Shown: positions 23,186 through 36,371 of the stretch, in pieces | How the letters are laid out: every line of letters starts with the position of its first letter | Numbering within the stretch: position 1 is the stretch's first letter | Assembly: GCF_044704955.1 (NCBI RefSeq) | Contig: NC_091999.1 | Span: 9,982,001-10,046,000 of the forward strand | Source: Pristiophorus japonicus | Taxonomy: Eukaryota | Direction of reading: 5' to 3' | DNA length: 64,000 nucleotides | The notes under the pieces: generated by a model | Told to the model about the DNA's origin: nothing | Seen by the model: the letters and a program-made list of their open reading frames with translations, nothing else | Databases searched by the model: none | Translations under genes and position numbers: made by a program

Positions 23186-25045
23186 ATAACCCCTCTGTCT
23201 GTCAACAAACAAGTCGAAACATCGGTTTTATTAGCCTGATAGGTGAGACTGTAAATTCCGTAGGCTGGCAATTGCAGGTTCCACAAAACCCTGTAGCTAC
23301 TCCTGGTGGTCACATCACACTGGATTTGAACCGACTGTCCCTACGCCGCAGTCACCTTCTCGGATTTGTATATTCCATCCTCACCACAGAACGCTACTAA
23401 TATGAGACAAACACGCAAAACGTTCAACAGGTTTATTTCCCAATCCAGTCTTCTTAAGTCAGAATATTTACCTGGAAATAAGAATCTGCATGTTCAATTC
23501 GACGCATTGTATTGCAAGATATTGGTTCTGAATATTCCAGCGATATCGATTGTCTGAAAATCTGTCTGTGTGGTTGGTCAGTTCAATAGCCGATGTTATA
23601 AATTGCCAGCGACTGGCAAAGGCGTCTGATCCTTATAGCTTTGTTATTCTGTATCCAATAATCAGACAGCTGACGTGCTTCTCACCCACACGCCCGATAT
23701 TTGGTGTGGTGTCACTTTGTAAACGTCAGAACCGATTGGTGTCTGTTCACTATTGTGGGTCCTGGCAATGGGTCCGAAGCAATCCGATCATGCTTCGGTA
23801 TTCTGCGTTCAAACCCGGCCCAGACAAAATGGATTAAAGCGTCTCCATTTCTGATGGTGACTTTGGTGGTCCGTGTGTCAGGCAGATTCGCTGATCAGGC
23901 ACCGGGGGCTACGGAATACATGGAGAGAAATTAACATTCGCGGGCCCGACGAATGGACTTACACACCCGAGACAGGAAAAATGGAGACGATTATGGCAGA
24001 TGTAACTTAATTTGGAAAAGTGCAAAGTATTGTACATGAGAATGGACAATGAAGAACATAAATACTTCGCGTGTGGTTTTTAAATAGCTGGCGGTGAATT
24101 TAAAAGAGAGCGGGATAAATGCCCCACATGTACAAGGAATGCAGCAGAGAATCGGTGGGATATTCGCCAATGCCTAGATTCACTGTACAAGGGATGTTTA
24201 AATTGACAGGGCCAAACTGATTTAATATCGGTTGGTGCCATTTCTTTAATTGCTGCATTCAGCTGTACAACACAGACAATACATGTGTAAGGAAATTACT
24301 TCAATACTACTTACCCTTTGTGAACTATGTAACTAAACTTCTCTATAAGATCTGTGTTATTTCCAGGCTCGAGCAAGGATTTCCAGAATTATTATTTTCG
24401 CAACAAAGAACTTCATCACTGATTTGGCGTTAAATTTTGAGGGTAAAATCAGATGTTGGATAATATAACACTAGACCAACACATTCTGAATTGTAATTAG
24501 TAATGAAAAATATATTTATCGAAACTATCATCTTGAGATGACAAGCTCATTTACAGTCAAGTAATGTGTGGAATTGTTCCAATGTAAGTGGACGATATAA
24601 TATTAATGAGCATAAATCTAAGAGGCGAAGAGGATTTTCCTATTAATTTATATGAAAAACACAATCAGTTTGTACGTGTTGATGAATCGTGACCCACATG
24701 GGAAACAGTAGACTGTCAGCGCCAGCTGGTGACCGGGTTTACGTGGTCCTCTTTCAGCTGAAGTCGCAGACATTGTTCACTATTTGTGCTCTCACTGTGC
24801 CTATTTCATTCAAAATGATGCGCGGATACTCCCAACACATGTGCGGTACCCCTCCCCCAACCCCCATCAATGCTGAGCCCGGAGCCTCGCTCACAGGTTT
24901 ACTTCTTGAGTCGTACAATCCCGTGTGTGACGGGCACAGTCTGATGTTGGGCTGAGATTGAAACACAATAGCGCTGCTTTCTTCAGGAGCTTGACACGGC
25001 CTCGATCTCCTGGTGGTTACTTTACACAGGTCGATAGGATGCGAC

Positions 25046-25725
25046 ATGAAGCTGGACTTCACTTTAGTGATTATCTCCCGGGATTTCTTACTCTCTCCTC
25101 CCTGTGGGTGTGGTCACAATCCGTCTGTGAGAAATATTTTACATCTTATATGTATTTTTTTAGTGTTTATGTCTTATTATTTTATGTTATGCTATATTGT
25201 TTTTCATTAGGTCGTATTATATTATGTTGTATTATTTTGTATTATGTTATATTATGTTATATTCTATTATCTTACATTATAACATTATATTATATAGATT
25301 GTATTAATTACATGATATGATTTTATATATTATATTATATTTACTTCTGATATGATATATCATATCATATTATATTATTTTACATCATGTTAATATCTAC
25401 ACAACCCTCTTAGGTGTCACCGGCAATGAAGATGTATCACAGTTTCCCAAGTCAGTGGTTCTAACCGATGGAGACAATGCATCATTGATCTGCATCACCA
25501 CAGTCGCAGGGCCGATCCTGCAATGGTACAGACAATACCCGAAGCGAACCGTGCAGCACCTGGCAACTGGTACCAGTGATCAGAGCAGGATCACGGCTCA
25601 ATTCAGTTCATCAGAGAAGTGCAGTGCTCTGAATGTTAGTGATGCTTGAGTGACGGACGCCACCACCTATTTCTGTGTTGTGAAGACACACTGCAGCAAA
25701 GATCAACAGAGACCATACAAAAACC
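25046..25725 (+). pseudogene. V pseudogene, family E (leader 25046-25103, V exon 25414-25686, RSS 25687-25725)
   Basis: EDVSQFPK...LICIT...LQWYRQ...SDA*VTDATTYFCVVK; single TGA; CACACTG-23-ACAAAAACC; AT-rich (TTATA)n intron. Confidence 0.92.
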
Positions 25726-25917
25726 TGCCGCGGGCCTGAAGACTCCAATCCTCTGCCGTTATCAGAGCGCTGGGTAATTTATAACATGTCCCCGTGAACA
25801 CTCCCTCAGTCTCCCAATAAGGGAAGCATGCTCCGGGTCTCAGTTTACTCTGTAACATCAGATGAGAAGATTCAACATTTTCGTAAAAGTTTTCTGTCGA
25901 ACTCGAAATAGGGCACC

Positions 25918-26285
25918 ATATGCTCCCCATGATCCTTGCTGATAATTGCCATGCTGCCCGGTGAGCCTATGTTTAATTGCTCAATATGTGTTTCATGGGT
26001 TATTTTCAATCCATGGATTTTCACACCTTTTTTGTTTTGTTGTAGGAATCAGGGGCGCAGACCCAATGTCCTAAAATCCATCTAAATTAACGGTTCTAGA
26101 AGAACAGACCATAATACTCAGCTGTATGTTCTCAAGATCCAATAGTTTGTCCTCGTTCTGCTGCTACGTCAGCATCTCTGGTCAGCTCCTAGATACTTCC
26201 GGAGGAGGTAATGCTTGGGGCAGGGTGATAGTTCTCTGTATTTCCCAGATCGGTTCTCTGCTGATTTGGACAAGGATAAGGACAC
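25918..26285 (+). pseudogene. Truncated V pseudogene, family C
   Basis: Leader with ATA start and stop, ..AMLP-G|GTGAGC; V exon IRGADPMS*NPSKLTV..ILSC..FPDRFSADLDKDK; no YYC or RSS. Confidence 0.8.
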
Positions 26286-26389
26286 GAATGCAAGCAAGTT
26301 TTTTTATCTAGCAACCTGACAGACTTTGTTCTCCGTGGCTTTCTGATCAAACTAACCCCAGACAGAAAAGCACGAAGGATCACACATAT

Positions 26390-26903
26390 TTGGAGGCAGT
26401 TCACAGAATGTTCACAAGGTTGATTCCGGGGATGAGGGCGTTGATTTCTGAGGAAATGTTGAGTAGGTTGGGCCTCTAAACATTGGAATTCAGAAGAATG
26501 AGAGGTTATCTTATCGAAGCATAAGATTATGAGGGGGATTGACAAGCTGGATGCAGAGAGGATGTTTTCACTGATGGGGGAGACTAAAACTAGAGGGCGT
26601 GATCTTAGAATAAGTGGCCGCCCATTTAAAACAGAGATGAGGAGAAATTTCTTCTCTCAGAGGGCTGTAAATCTGTGAAATTCGCTGCCTTAGAGAGCTG
26701 TGGAACCTAGGACATTCAATAAATTTGAAACAGAAGTAGAAAGTTTATTAATTGATAAGGGGATAAGGGGTCATGGGGAGCGGGTGGGGAAGTGGAGCTG
26801 AGTCCATGGTCAGATCAGGCATGGTCTTATTGAAAGGCGGAGCAGACTCGAGGGGCCGCATGGCCTACTCCTGTTCCTATTTCTTATGGTCTTATTTTCT
26901 TAT
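26390..26903 (+). mobile_element. CR1-type LINE 3' end
   Basis: EFRRMRG-type region and TTCTTATG tail; mirrored at 62059-62578. Confidence 0.88.
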
Positions 26904-28364
26904 CAAAATATAAATACATACATTTGGGGCCTTTGTTCTTATCTAAAGCTGTACCTCACTGCACAGTAATTGACCGCCCCGTGCTGCACAGTTAGGTAAA
27001 TGTTCTTTCTACACATGCTTGCAACTGCCTAATATTGCCCTGATATTTCGATTCCCAATAGTGCGGATATTTTCTAATTATTGAGCTTGGAAGCTCGGCC
27101 GGTTTCTGCCAACACCATTGCACAGTGTCAATATCCGGGGTTGTAAATTCGCAATCTCACTGCACTGAACTCCCTGCTGACACTACTATTGTCTCCGGCG
27201 ACTGAGCTACTGGATTCGCACATAATCGCGCGTGAAGAAAGGAGAATAGTAGAACAGAAGCTTAAACAATATCGATTACAACTTGTGTCTATCTGTGTGT
27301 GTATAGATAACCACCCATGAGCGCAGCTATACATTGTATGGATAGTTCAGACTGCCTGCACAAAATCTTTGCATCAGTCTGCTAACCTCGGTTTTTTATA
27401 TAATTCAGTACTGCTGCAGAGCCGCCAGTATTATGAGAAGTATGTCTGATTCAATGAAACTTGGAATGGAATGAGGCAGAGATTGAGAAGGAGAGGGGTA
27501 ACCGCGGCCTGTCCACTCATCGTTCCACCCACACGCTGCAGGGGGCGACCCCATTGTGGCTTCCTTTGCCTGCGGTCATTGTTGGCTTTGATGTCTGCAT
27601 CACGTGAATTTCTAATTGCCACCCTTGAGTTTGGCACCGTCTACTGGCGGATTTTGTTCAATTCGATTTATAATAAAGTCACTGAGGGGATTTAGGTTTT
27701 ATGGAGCATATATAAAATACCTCTGGCAGATAGTGTGTCTCAAAACTCTAGATTTGAGCTGGTTAAACCAGGAATATTTCTGAAGCTGTGCAATCATTTC
27801 ATGTCCCTCCCACTCTATTTATTTCCAGTCACTTGCTCAGTGAGCAGGATAAGTTTGACCACAGACTTCTCCACGCTGCCAACACCGTTTCCATTACATC
27901 AGCTGCGAGTTCAGTCAGAACCCCATGCAGCCCCAAGATTTGGGTTGTGTGTCACATTTCAGGGGAGGCTGCGTTGTTCTGACGTTTTTGAAACCCTCAA
28001 ATGATTTCTGAAACAATTCCTGAATTGCCCCAACATTAAGTTATTTTTCTGCCGACTGGAGCGTGAGGTCTGATTGCGATTCTGACACTGAATGAGAACT
28101 GGTTTTATATCTGTTTCACTGAGATTGAAAGTTGAGGTGCCCATGATATGAACATGGATTAGAAGCATTGTCCATCAAACAACTTATTATTATAGTAACA
28201 GGAAGATTATTATTAATAATAAATATTATTCCAGTTATGTATTGTAAGCTGGATAGCTACTTATTTGTTTGATTTAAATGGACACTCTCCTGCGATAAAT
28301 TCTGACAGTCCCCGTTTCTCCCCATTATTCCCGCTGTCCCGTTGACCTTGTCACCTTGTGGCAG

Positions 28365-28905
28365 CGTTTTTGTACCAGGCTCCCTTTGGTTCCAGTCACT
28401 GTGTCAGTTTCCGCCCGCAATAATACACCCCTCTGTCAAACAGCCGCAAGTTGCCAATGGTGAAATTCCCCTCACGTTGCAAAGTGTCGAGAGATGCGGA
28501 AAATCGAGCAGCCATGCCCTCTGCTCTGAAAATTTCCCCTACGATGGGATGTAGATTAGGATTTTGGTTCCTTTTCTACCATCCTGCCGGTACAGCTGTA
28601 AGGAATGGGATTCATCAGTGGTCGAATAACTCTAATTAATTGTCACTGCGTCTCTTTGAAACTGCGTCACTGTAACCATCCCCTCTGAGATCGAGTCTGC
28701 AGAAATTGTGAAATACAGAACTACAACCTTTTTATCATAATTTTGTTGTAACTAAATCATTATGTGACGAAATACATTACAAATAGAGCAAGAACAAAGT
28801 TAAAATTATTTCAATGACACCTGGAAGAAGGCTATTGTGTAACTTGTAAACTTTACTGAGCTGCAGGCGTGACGATTGAATAAAACGTTACACCCAACAC
28901 ATTTG
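28365..28905 (-). pseudogene. V pseudogene, family F
   Basis: DSISE..VTIN*SYST..SLQLYRQ..RFSASLD..EGNFTI; CACAGTG(28397-28403)-23-ACAAAAACG; decayed leader ~28850-28905. Confidence 0.87.
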
Positions 28906-29687
28906 CAGAGATTTGATTGCGGATTCGAACAGAACGGGTTGAACCTGAAATTATTTTAGTCAAGAATTGAGAAGATATTGATTAATATCCGGTGTCTTTG
29001 CCCATTGGTTCATTCCTGACAGTGTCAGCAGCTGGTATCGAATCAGATCACGGTTCCTTTTTTCTGCAATTCATTGAATCAGTTCACAGCTCCTTTGTTC
29101 TCCAATTGATCCAATCTGCTCCCAGTTCCCCTGTTCTCCAATTCAGTACATCACAGCGAGCAGCGCTAAATGGAATGAAATTGTTCTCACAACAGAGAAC
29201 TGGACGGGAATTAAACCCAATGTTGGCTCTTTAACAGGTGAGGTGGAGACAGTGAAGCAAAATAGTTAATGCTCTTCTGGAATCAGTGTAGGCAACTCCC
29301 ATGAAAAGAACTGTTCACTTACTATTAGATCTAGCCATAGCCAATAGAAGGCGGGACATAGAAGGCCTGCGGGTCCTGAAAGATTTGAACACAAGGATGT
29401 GGTAAATCCGACAAAAGCCACCTATCATATGAGAGAGATTAATCACAATATGAACAGAAATCAGTAGCAGTAGAACATTAATAGAGTTCAGGTCAGTGTG
29501 ATTAACCCTTCCCTTGCAGGAAGAATATAGCTTGTCAAACTGTACAGCACGAAGGAGTCAACATCTTGCAAGAAGTTCTGATTAACCCTTTCCAAACCGG
29601 ATGAATGTAACTGTACACAACAAAGGAGACGACGCATTCAGGGGATCTGTGGGAGGGTGTTAAGATTGTCTGATAGAAAACTGCAGG

Positions 29688-30133
29688 AGATATTGTACTG
29701 GAGCGCCCAGCCTTTGTCTCACCATGCCTCACTGCACAGTAATATACTCCAGCGTCTGAGACCTCTTTGCTGTCCATAACGACAGTGTCATAACTTCTTA
29801 ACTTCGTATTGCATCAATGAAGAGTTTGAATCGCCCAGCAGTGGCGTTGCCCAGGATAGTAGATATGATAAATTTCAGGCCACGCTTCTGCTATTGGCTG
29901 CATAATAATATACCATCAGAGCCGCAGGTGCTCGCATTGCACGGGATTTCAATCGATTCTCCCTTTTGTGCAAACACCTGCTGTGGTTAGTGGATCACAG
30001 TCTCACCAGCGAAAACTGCAGATACAAAGGAGGTGGTAAATTAGACAGAATAAATTAATTATAACAGCGACTGCTTTTCAGCACATCAACACTCACCTAA
30101 AATCAAAAAAGTGAAAATTACAATTCCATTCAT
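29688..30133 (-). pseudogene. V pseudogene (leader MNGIVIFTFLIL 30097-30133; V exon 29727-30015)
   Basis: ETVIH*PQQV..IPCNAS..GRFKLF..DAGVYYCAVR with stops/frameshift; CATGGTG-23-ACAATATCT. Confidence 0.87.
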
Positions 30134-31179
30134 GGCGTTTCCCAGTTTATGCAAGTTTCTAGTTTATGCTAATGGATCAAGAATATTATTGGAAACTCGA
30201 TTATTTCGGGGTTATTCTGATGTGTAGTCGACGATATGATTTTCAGGTATGATGGTAAGTATATTTTATATCCTCACTGAGGGCCAGGGAAGATTGCAAG
30301 TGCTGATGCTTTATTATAAATAACACGGCCTCTGGTTGCTCAGTTTATCATTTATCCTTTTGAACAAAAGCCGGCAAGTTTACCATTACCTCATGCAGTA
30401 CTGGTGGGTAAATAAAGCAAATAAAGTGGTCTCCTCTGTCTGATTGGGCAGTGGGATAAAACTGACCTCTCTTCCTCTCGGATTTGGTTTCGAAAATAGT
30501 GGGGGCAGAAAGGACGGAGATCTATTATATCTCATTGGACTGCACAGATTAGCTGGGTTAACGCTAGTACTTCTCCACCATTTAAATAGAGCCGATAAAG
30601 TGAGTTTTGAATCGGAAGAGCTTGAAATGAATGGCGGAAGGTTTGAGATATGTTGTTGTGGCAGGGGCGGGAAATAGGTGGCATGCGCTGTTTGCAATGG
30701 TAACACAGTATTGACTAGACAGGCCTTTCACAACAGTAACCGTCAGCTAATCGAATGTAATCTCCCAAGAAAGGAATTTAAAAAAAACACTTGGATATTT
30801 TCACTTCATAAAAACTATTGACATAAAAAAACAACACCTGGAGGCCTATTCGAGGTTTTTATTATTTCACGGGAGAGGGGTGTCGATGGTAAGGCCAGCA
30901 TTTGTTGCTCAATTCGAATTACCGTTTAGAAGTTGGTGGTGAGCTGCCTTCTTAGGGTGCAGTATGTGAGGTGACGTCTTCATACTTGCTTTTCAAATCT
31001 GGCATTAACTAAGAGACAGAGAGAGAAAAATACTTTTAGATACAGTGAAAAAAGATTGTTGGAGAGATAGGACGAGAAACACAGATAGAGATACTGGTAG
31101 CGAAATTCACGGAAAGACCACGAGATAAACAGTTGGAAAGGGCTCTGGGAAAAGTTAGAAGAATCCACACGCATGGAAT

Positions 31180-34100
31180 TGCTTTAGTAAGAATATAAAA
31201 AAATAGGAGCAGAGGTAGACCACACCTCCCATTGAGCCAGCTCCTACATTCAATAAGATCATGGCTGAACTTGCACATCAAATCCACATTCCCCCCCAAA
31301 TCCCATATCCCTTGATTCATTACTACAAAATAATCTTTAGATCTCAGTCTTGAACATACCCCATCATTCAGCAAGCACACGGCTCTGGGGTAGAGAATTA
31401 CAAAATTTGACAACGTTCTGAGTGAAGAAATTGCTCCTCGCTGCTGACCTAAATGTCTGAACCATTAGCATAGAATCATAGAATCATAGAAACTTAAGGC
31501 ATGGAAAGAGGCCATTTCTGCCCATTGTTTCCACGTCGGCCGACAAAGAGTTATCCAGCCTTAACCCACATTCCATCTCTTGGTCCGTAGCCTGTTAGGT
31601 TTCGAAAATTCAAAAGCACATCCAAATATTTTTCAGTGCTTTGAGAGGTTCTGCCCCTACCCCCTTTTAGGCAGTGAGTTCAAAACCACTCCAACTGGGT
31701 GAAAACATTTCCCTCAAATCCCCTCTAAACCGTCTGCCAATTAATTTAAATCTATGCCTCCTGGTTGTTGACCCCCACCACTAAGTGAAATAGTTGCACC
31801 TATTTACACTATCTCGGTCCCCCCCCCCCGATAATTTTATACACCTCAATATGGTCTCCCGTCAAATTCCTTTCTGCAATGAAATCAAGCCCAGCCTATC
31901 CAATCTTTCCTCATGGTGAAAAGTCTCCAGTCCAGGCAGCATCCTCTCTAGAGCAATCACGTTCCTGTAATGTGGTGACCAGAACTGTACGTAGTACTCT
32001 GGCTGTGGCCTAACTATTGTCTTATAGAGTTCACGCTATAAGGCAAGTATCCTGTATGCCTTCTAATCAGGCAACTATTCTGTATGCCTTCTAAACCGCA
32101 TTATATACATGGACTGCTAACTTCAGAGATCCGTGGAAATATACTCCAAGGTCCCTATATTCCTCTACACTTCTCAGTCTCCTACCATTTAATGTGTATT
32201 ACTTTGCCTTGTTAGACCTCCCCAAATGCATTACCTCATGCTTTTCAGGTTTAAATTCCATTTGCTACTGTCATTTCCACCTGACCACTTCATTGATATA
32301 TTCTTGCCGATTACATAATTCTTACTAATTATCAACTACACGAACAATTTTTGTATCACCTGCAACCTTCTTAATCATAGCCCCTACATTGAAATCTAAA
32401 TCATTGACATATACCACACAACTCAAGGGACCTACTACTGACCCCTGCGGAACCGCACTGGAAACAGACTTTCAGTCACAAAGAGCACCCAACGAGGATT
32501 ACCGTTTGCTTCCTGCTTTGGGCCAAACATGGATCCAACTTGCCATGTTGGTCGGGATCACATGGGCGTTTACCTTCGTGACAAATCTTCCACGTGGGAC
32601 CTTATCAAAAGCCTTGCTTCAATCCATATACACTACATCAAAATTACTACCCTGATTGACCCTTCTTCTTATCTCCTCAAAAATTTGCATTAGGTTAGTC
32701 AGATACGAACTTCCCTTAACAAATCCATGCTGTCCATCCTTGATTAATCCGTGTCTTTCTCAATGAAGATGTATCCTGTCCCTCAAAGTTAATTCCAATA
32801 ATTTTCCCACCACCGAGATTAGACTTACTGGCATATACTTATTCTGGCTGTCCCTTTCTCCCTATTTAAACTAGGGTACACCACGAGCAGTCCTCTAGTC
32901 CTCCAGCTGCCTGTAACCAGAGACGTTAGGAAAATGATGGACAGAGCCTGTGTTATTTCCACATGTGCTTTTCTTCACAGCCTGGGATACATTTCATCCG
33001 AGCCTGGTCATTTATCCACTTTCAAAGCTGCTAAACCTGCTAACAATTCCTCTCGCGCTGTGTTTATTTAAGCTAATATTTCACAGTCCTCCTCCCTGAT
33101 TGTTATATCTGTTTCACACCTCTATGTTGTGAAAACAGTCGCAAAGTATTCAGTAAGAATCACACCTACGTCATCCACCTCCGCACACATATTACCTTTA
33201 TGGTCTCTAATATGCTCTACTCCTTTTTTTATCCACTTACTCTTAATATATTTATAAAACATCTTTGGCTTTTCCTAGATTTACCTGCCAATCTTTTTTT
33301 CATCTTATTGCTTTCCGAATTTCCTTTTTAAATTCACTCGTGCACTTTCTATACTCCTCTAGGGTTTCTGCAGTATTGAGCCCTCGATATCCATCCCTTT
33401 TTTTCTTTATCCTACCTTGTATGCTGCTTGACATCCTGGATGCACTAGGTTTGTTAGTTCCACCCATTTTCTGAAAGGTACAAACTTGCTCTCAGGATCT
33501 CCACCTTCATGCCTTTCACTGCTCTGACAATGATTTACCTTCAAGGAAATGTTTCCAATCCACTTTGGCTTTCGCCCAATTGAGAATTGTTATTCCTGGT
33601 GTATCTTTGTCCTTTTCCATAACGACCCTTACTCTAACTGAATTTTGATCACGAGCACCAACGAGCACCAACTTGCTCTCCCACTGATATCCCTTTCACC
33701 TGACCAGCTTCGTTCGCTAAAATTAAGTACAGAACACTCCCTTCCTCGGCTTGCTACACACTGGCTAAGAAACCTCTCCTGAATGCATTTTTGGAAGTCT
33801 GCACACTCTATATCTTTCACACTTATTTTATCCCAGTTAATATTAGGGCAGTAGAAATCCGCTACTTTTAATGTCCTATAGTTTTTGCATTTCTCAGAAA
33901 TGTGCCTTTAAATTTGCTCTTCTGTCTCTCTCTGACTGTTTGAGGGTCTACAGTGCACTCCCAGCAATGTGATTGCCCCTTTTTCATTCTTAAAATCAAC
34001 CCATATGGTCTTATTTGATGATCCTTCTAACATATCATCCCTCCTCACAGCTGGAATTGATTGTTTAATCAAAGCTCAACCCCTCCTACTTTTTATCTCT

Positions 34101-34340
34101 CTCTCTTTCACGTCTGAAAACCCAGTAACCAGAAATGTCGAGCTGACATACCTATATTTCTTTCAGCCATGTGTAAGTAATAGCTATAATATCCTACTCC
34201 CAAGTGTCTATCTGTGCTCTCATCTCATCCGCATTATTCCGAAGACTCCTTGCTTTGAGTATACACCCTTTAGCGGTGCCAAACTCCGTTTACTTTCTAG
34301 CCTTTGTTTCCCCTGCCTACAATTTCATTTTCATATTTGC
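31180..34340 (-). mobile_element. CR1-type LINEs: short 3' fragment (31180-31465) and long decayed element (31469-~34340)
   Basis: (ATAGAATC)n tail at 31469; RT and endonuclease motifs on minus; mirrored at ~50290-53570. Confidence 0.85.
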
Positions 34341-34489
34341 TGCTATCCAATTCCAGCGTTGTTTATCTCCCTTCTGAATCTACTCTCAGGTTCCCACCCT
34401 CCTGCCAAGATTATTCATATCCTCTCCATCAGCGCAAGCAACCCCCACCACCCGTGTGATTGTTCCCGTATCCGGGAGGAGTCTGAGAC

Positions 34490-35710
34490 TATGGAGTATA
34501 ATGTGGGAACTTTGGCAGAAGTAATAGAAAAGCAAATTCTTATTAAATGGAGGAAATTCAAAATGCTGCAGTACAGAGGGACTTAGGCGTCCTTGTACAT
34601 GAAGCATAAACATTTAGTATGCAGGTACAGCAAATAAGCAGGAAGGCAAATTGAATCTTTGCCTTCATTACAAGGGGGTCGAGTATAAAAGCAGAGAATT
34701 CCTGCTACAACTGTACAGGTTACTGGTGAGGCCACACCTGGAGTATGCGTACAGTGTTGGTCACCTTATTTAAGGAGGGATATACTTGCACTGGAGGCAG
34801 TTCATACAATGTTCACGAGATTGATTCCTGAGATGAAGGGGTTGACTTATGAAGAAATGTTGAACAGGTTGGGCCTATGCTCATTGGAGTTCAAAATAAT
34901 GAGACGTGATCTTATTGGATATATAAGATACTGAGGGGTCTCGACAAGGTAGATGCAGAGAGGATGTTTCCACTCAGGGGGAATCTCAAACTAGGGGCCA
35001 TGGTTTCAGAATAAAGTGTCGCCCAATTTTAAAACTGAGATGAGGAGGAATTTGTTCTCTCAAATGGTTGTAAATCTGTGGAATTCTCTGCCCAAGAGAT
35101 CTGTGCAGGCTGGGCCATTGAATATATTTAAGGTTGAGATAGACATATTTTTGAGTGATAAAGGAGTAAAGGGTTAAGAGAAGCGGGCAGGGAAGTAGAG
35201 GTGAGCTCTTGACCAGGTCAGCACTGATCTTATTGAATGGCGGAGCCGGTTTGAGGGGCAAAATGGCCTACTTTTGCTCAAATTTCTTATGTTCTTATGT
35301 CCTTATGAACCCTAGTTCTGGATTCTCGAGGCAGGGGAAACAACCTCTCAGCATCTATCAAATCAAGACCTCTAAAAAGTTCATACGTTTCAATGAGATC
35401 ACCTCTCATTCTTGTAAACGGCAGAGAATATAAACTAATTCCACGAAACCTCTCCTCATAGAAGAGTCTTTTCTTTTTAGGAATTAATTCTATGGAATCT
35501 TTTTGACGATAAGGCAGGTACTTCCTTCCTCCAATAAGGAGAACAAAACTGAACACAGTACTCCCGGTATGGTCTCACCAAAACTCAATTCATTTGCAGC
35601 AAGATTTCCTAACTCTTTTACTCTAACGCCTTGCAATAAAGGTTAATATATAATTTTTCTTCCAAAGCTTGCTGTAACTGCATGTTAACTTTCTGTGATT
35701 CGTGTGCAAA
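34490..35710. mobile_element. Two CR1-type fragments: 34490-35307 (+) and 35308-35710 (-)
   Basis: RPHLEY/RRNLFSQ motifs, TTCTTATG tail at ~35283-35307; mirrored at 48900-50140. Confidence 0.85.
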
Positions 35711-36371
35711 TCACATTGAATATCAAGATTCATAACTAACTTTTAACAAATAAAGGATATTTTATGGTGCCGAGATTCCAAAAGATTAAATTATGATCGG
35801 ACGAACGCCATTCCCCATCCTCCACGACCATATGATCTTGCAAATGATTTGCTGCAGTGAAACCGCCGGAGCTCCCTCTGGTGGCGAAGTGAGTTAAACA
35901 GCCATTTGCCTGGGGAAGCACGGAATTCTCGAACAGGTGGATGTTGTTGTACGATTATGACATTTTTCTTGTTATTTTTTTTTACTGTTATTATACACTT
36001 GAATGCAGAAAGAGTTAATGGCTACTTCAGCTTAAATCTTAGTGATTCCCTTTGTTTATTTTTAATATCCAAGGCACAACTGATGAACGAAGCTCGGTAA
36101 AAAACAACATGAAAACACATAGATTCCAATTCTGTGGAACTGCGGCACATACTGAGAGTGTAGAATCGTCTCATGATTCCTGCTTAATGAATAAATGTAT
36201 GGATCTTACTGTGACTTCTGCCATTTTAAATATGTCACTGAGCTTCAGTTATATTTTATATATTATAACTGATACTATCAATGGAGCACCTTGTTGTGTT
36301 GAAACTAGAGATTTACGCAAATTGGTACACGTCAGGGAGAGCAAATGGAAGACAGTGACACACACAGACAT

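Noticed and set aside
22561-23313. 250-aa ORF with VSVYITLDP repeats
   Set aside because: By-product of a 27-bp (9-codon) minisatellite read through from a V relic and its RSS; no gene structure.
25647-25649. Shared TGA as selenocysteine/readthrough codon
   Set aside because: Paralog carries a second TGA at a CGA site, consistent with CpG decay; no SECIS evidence.
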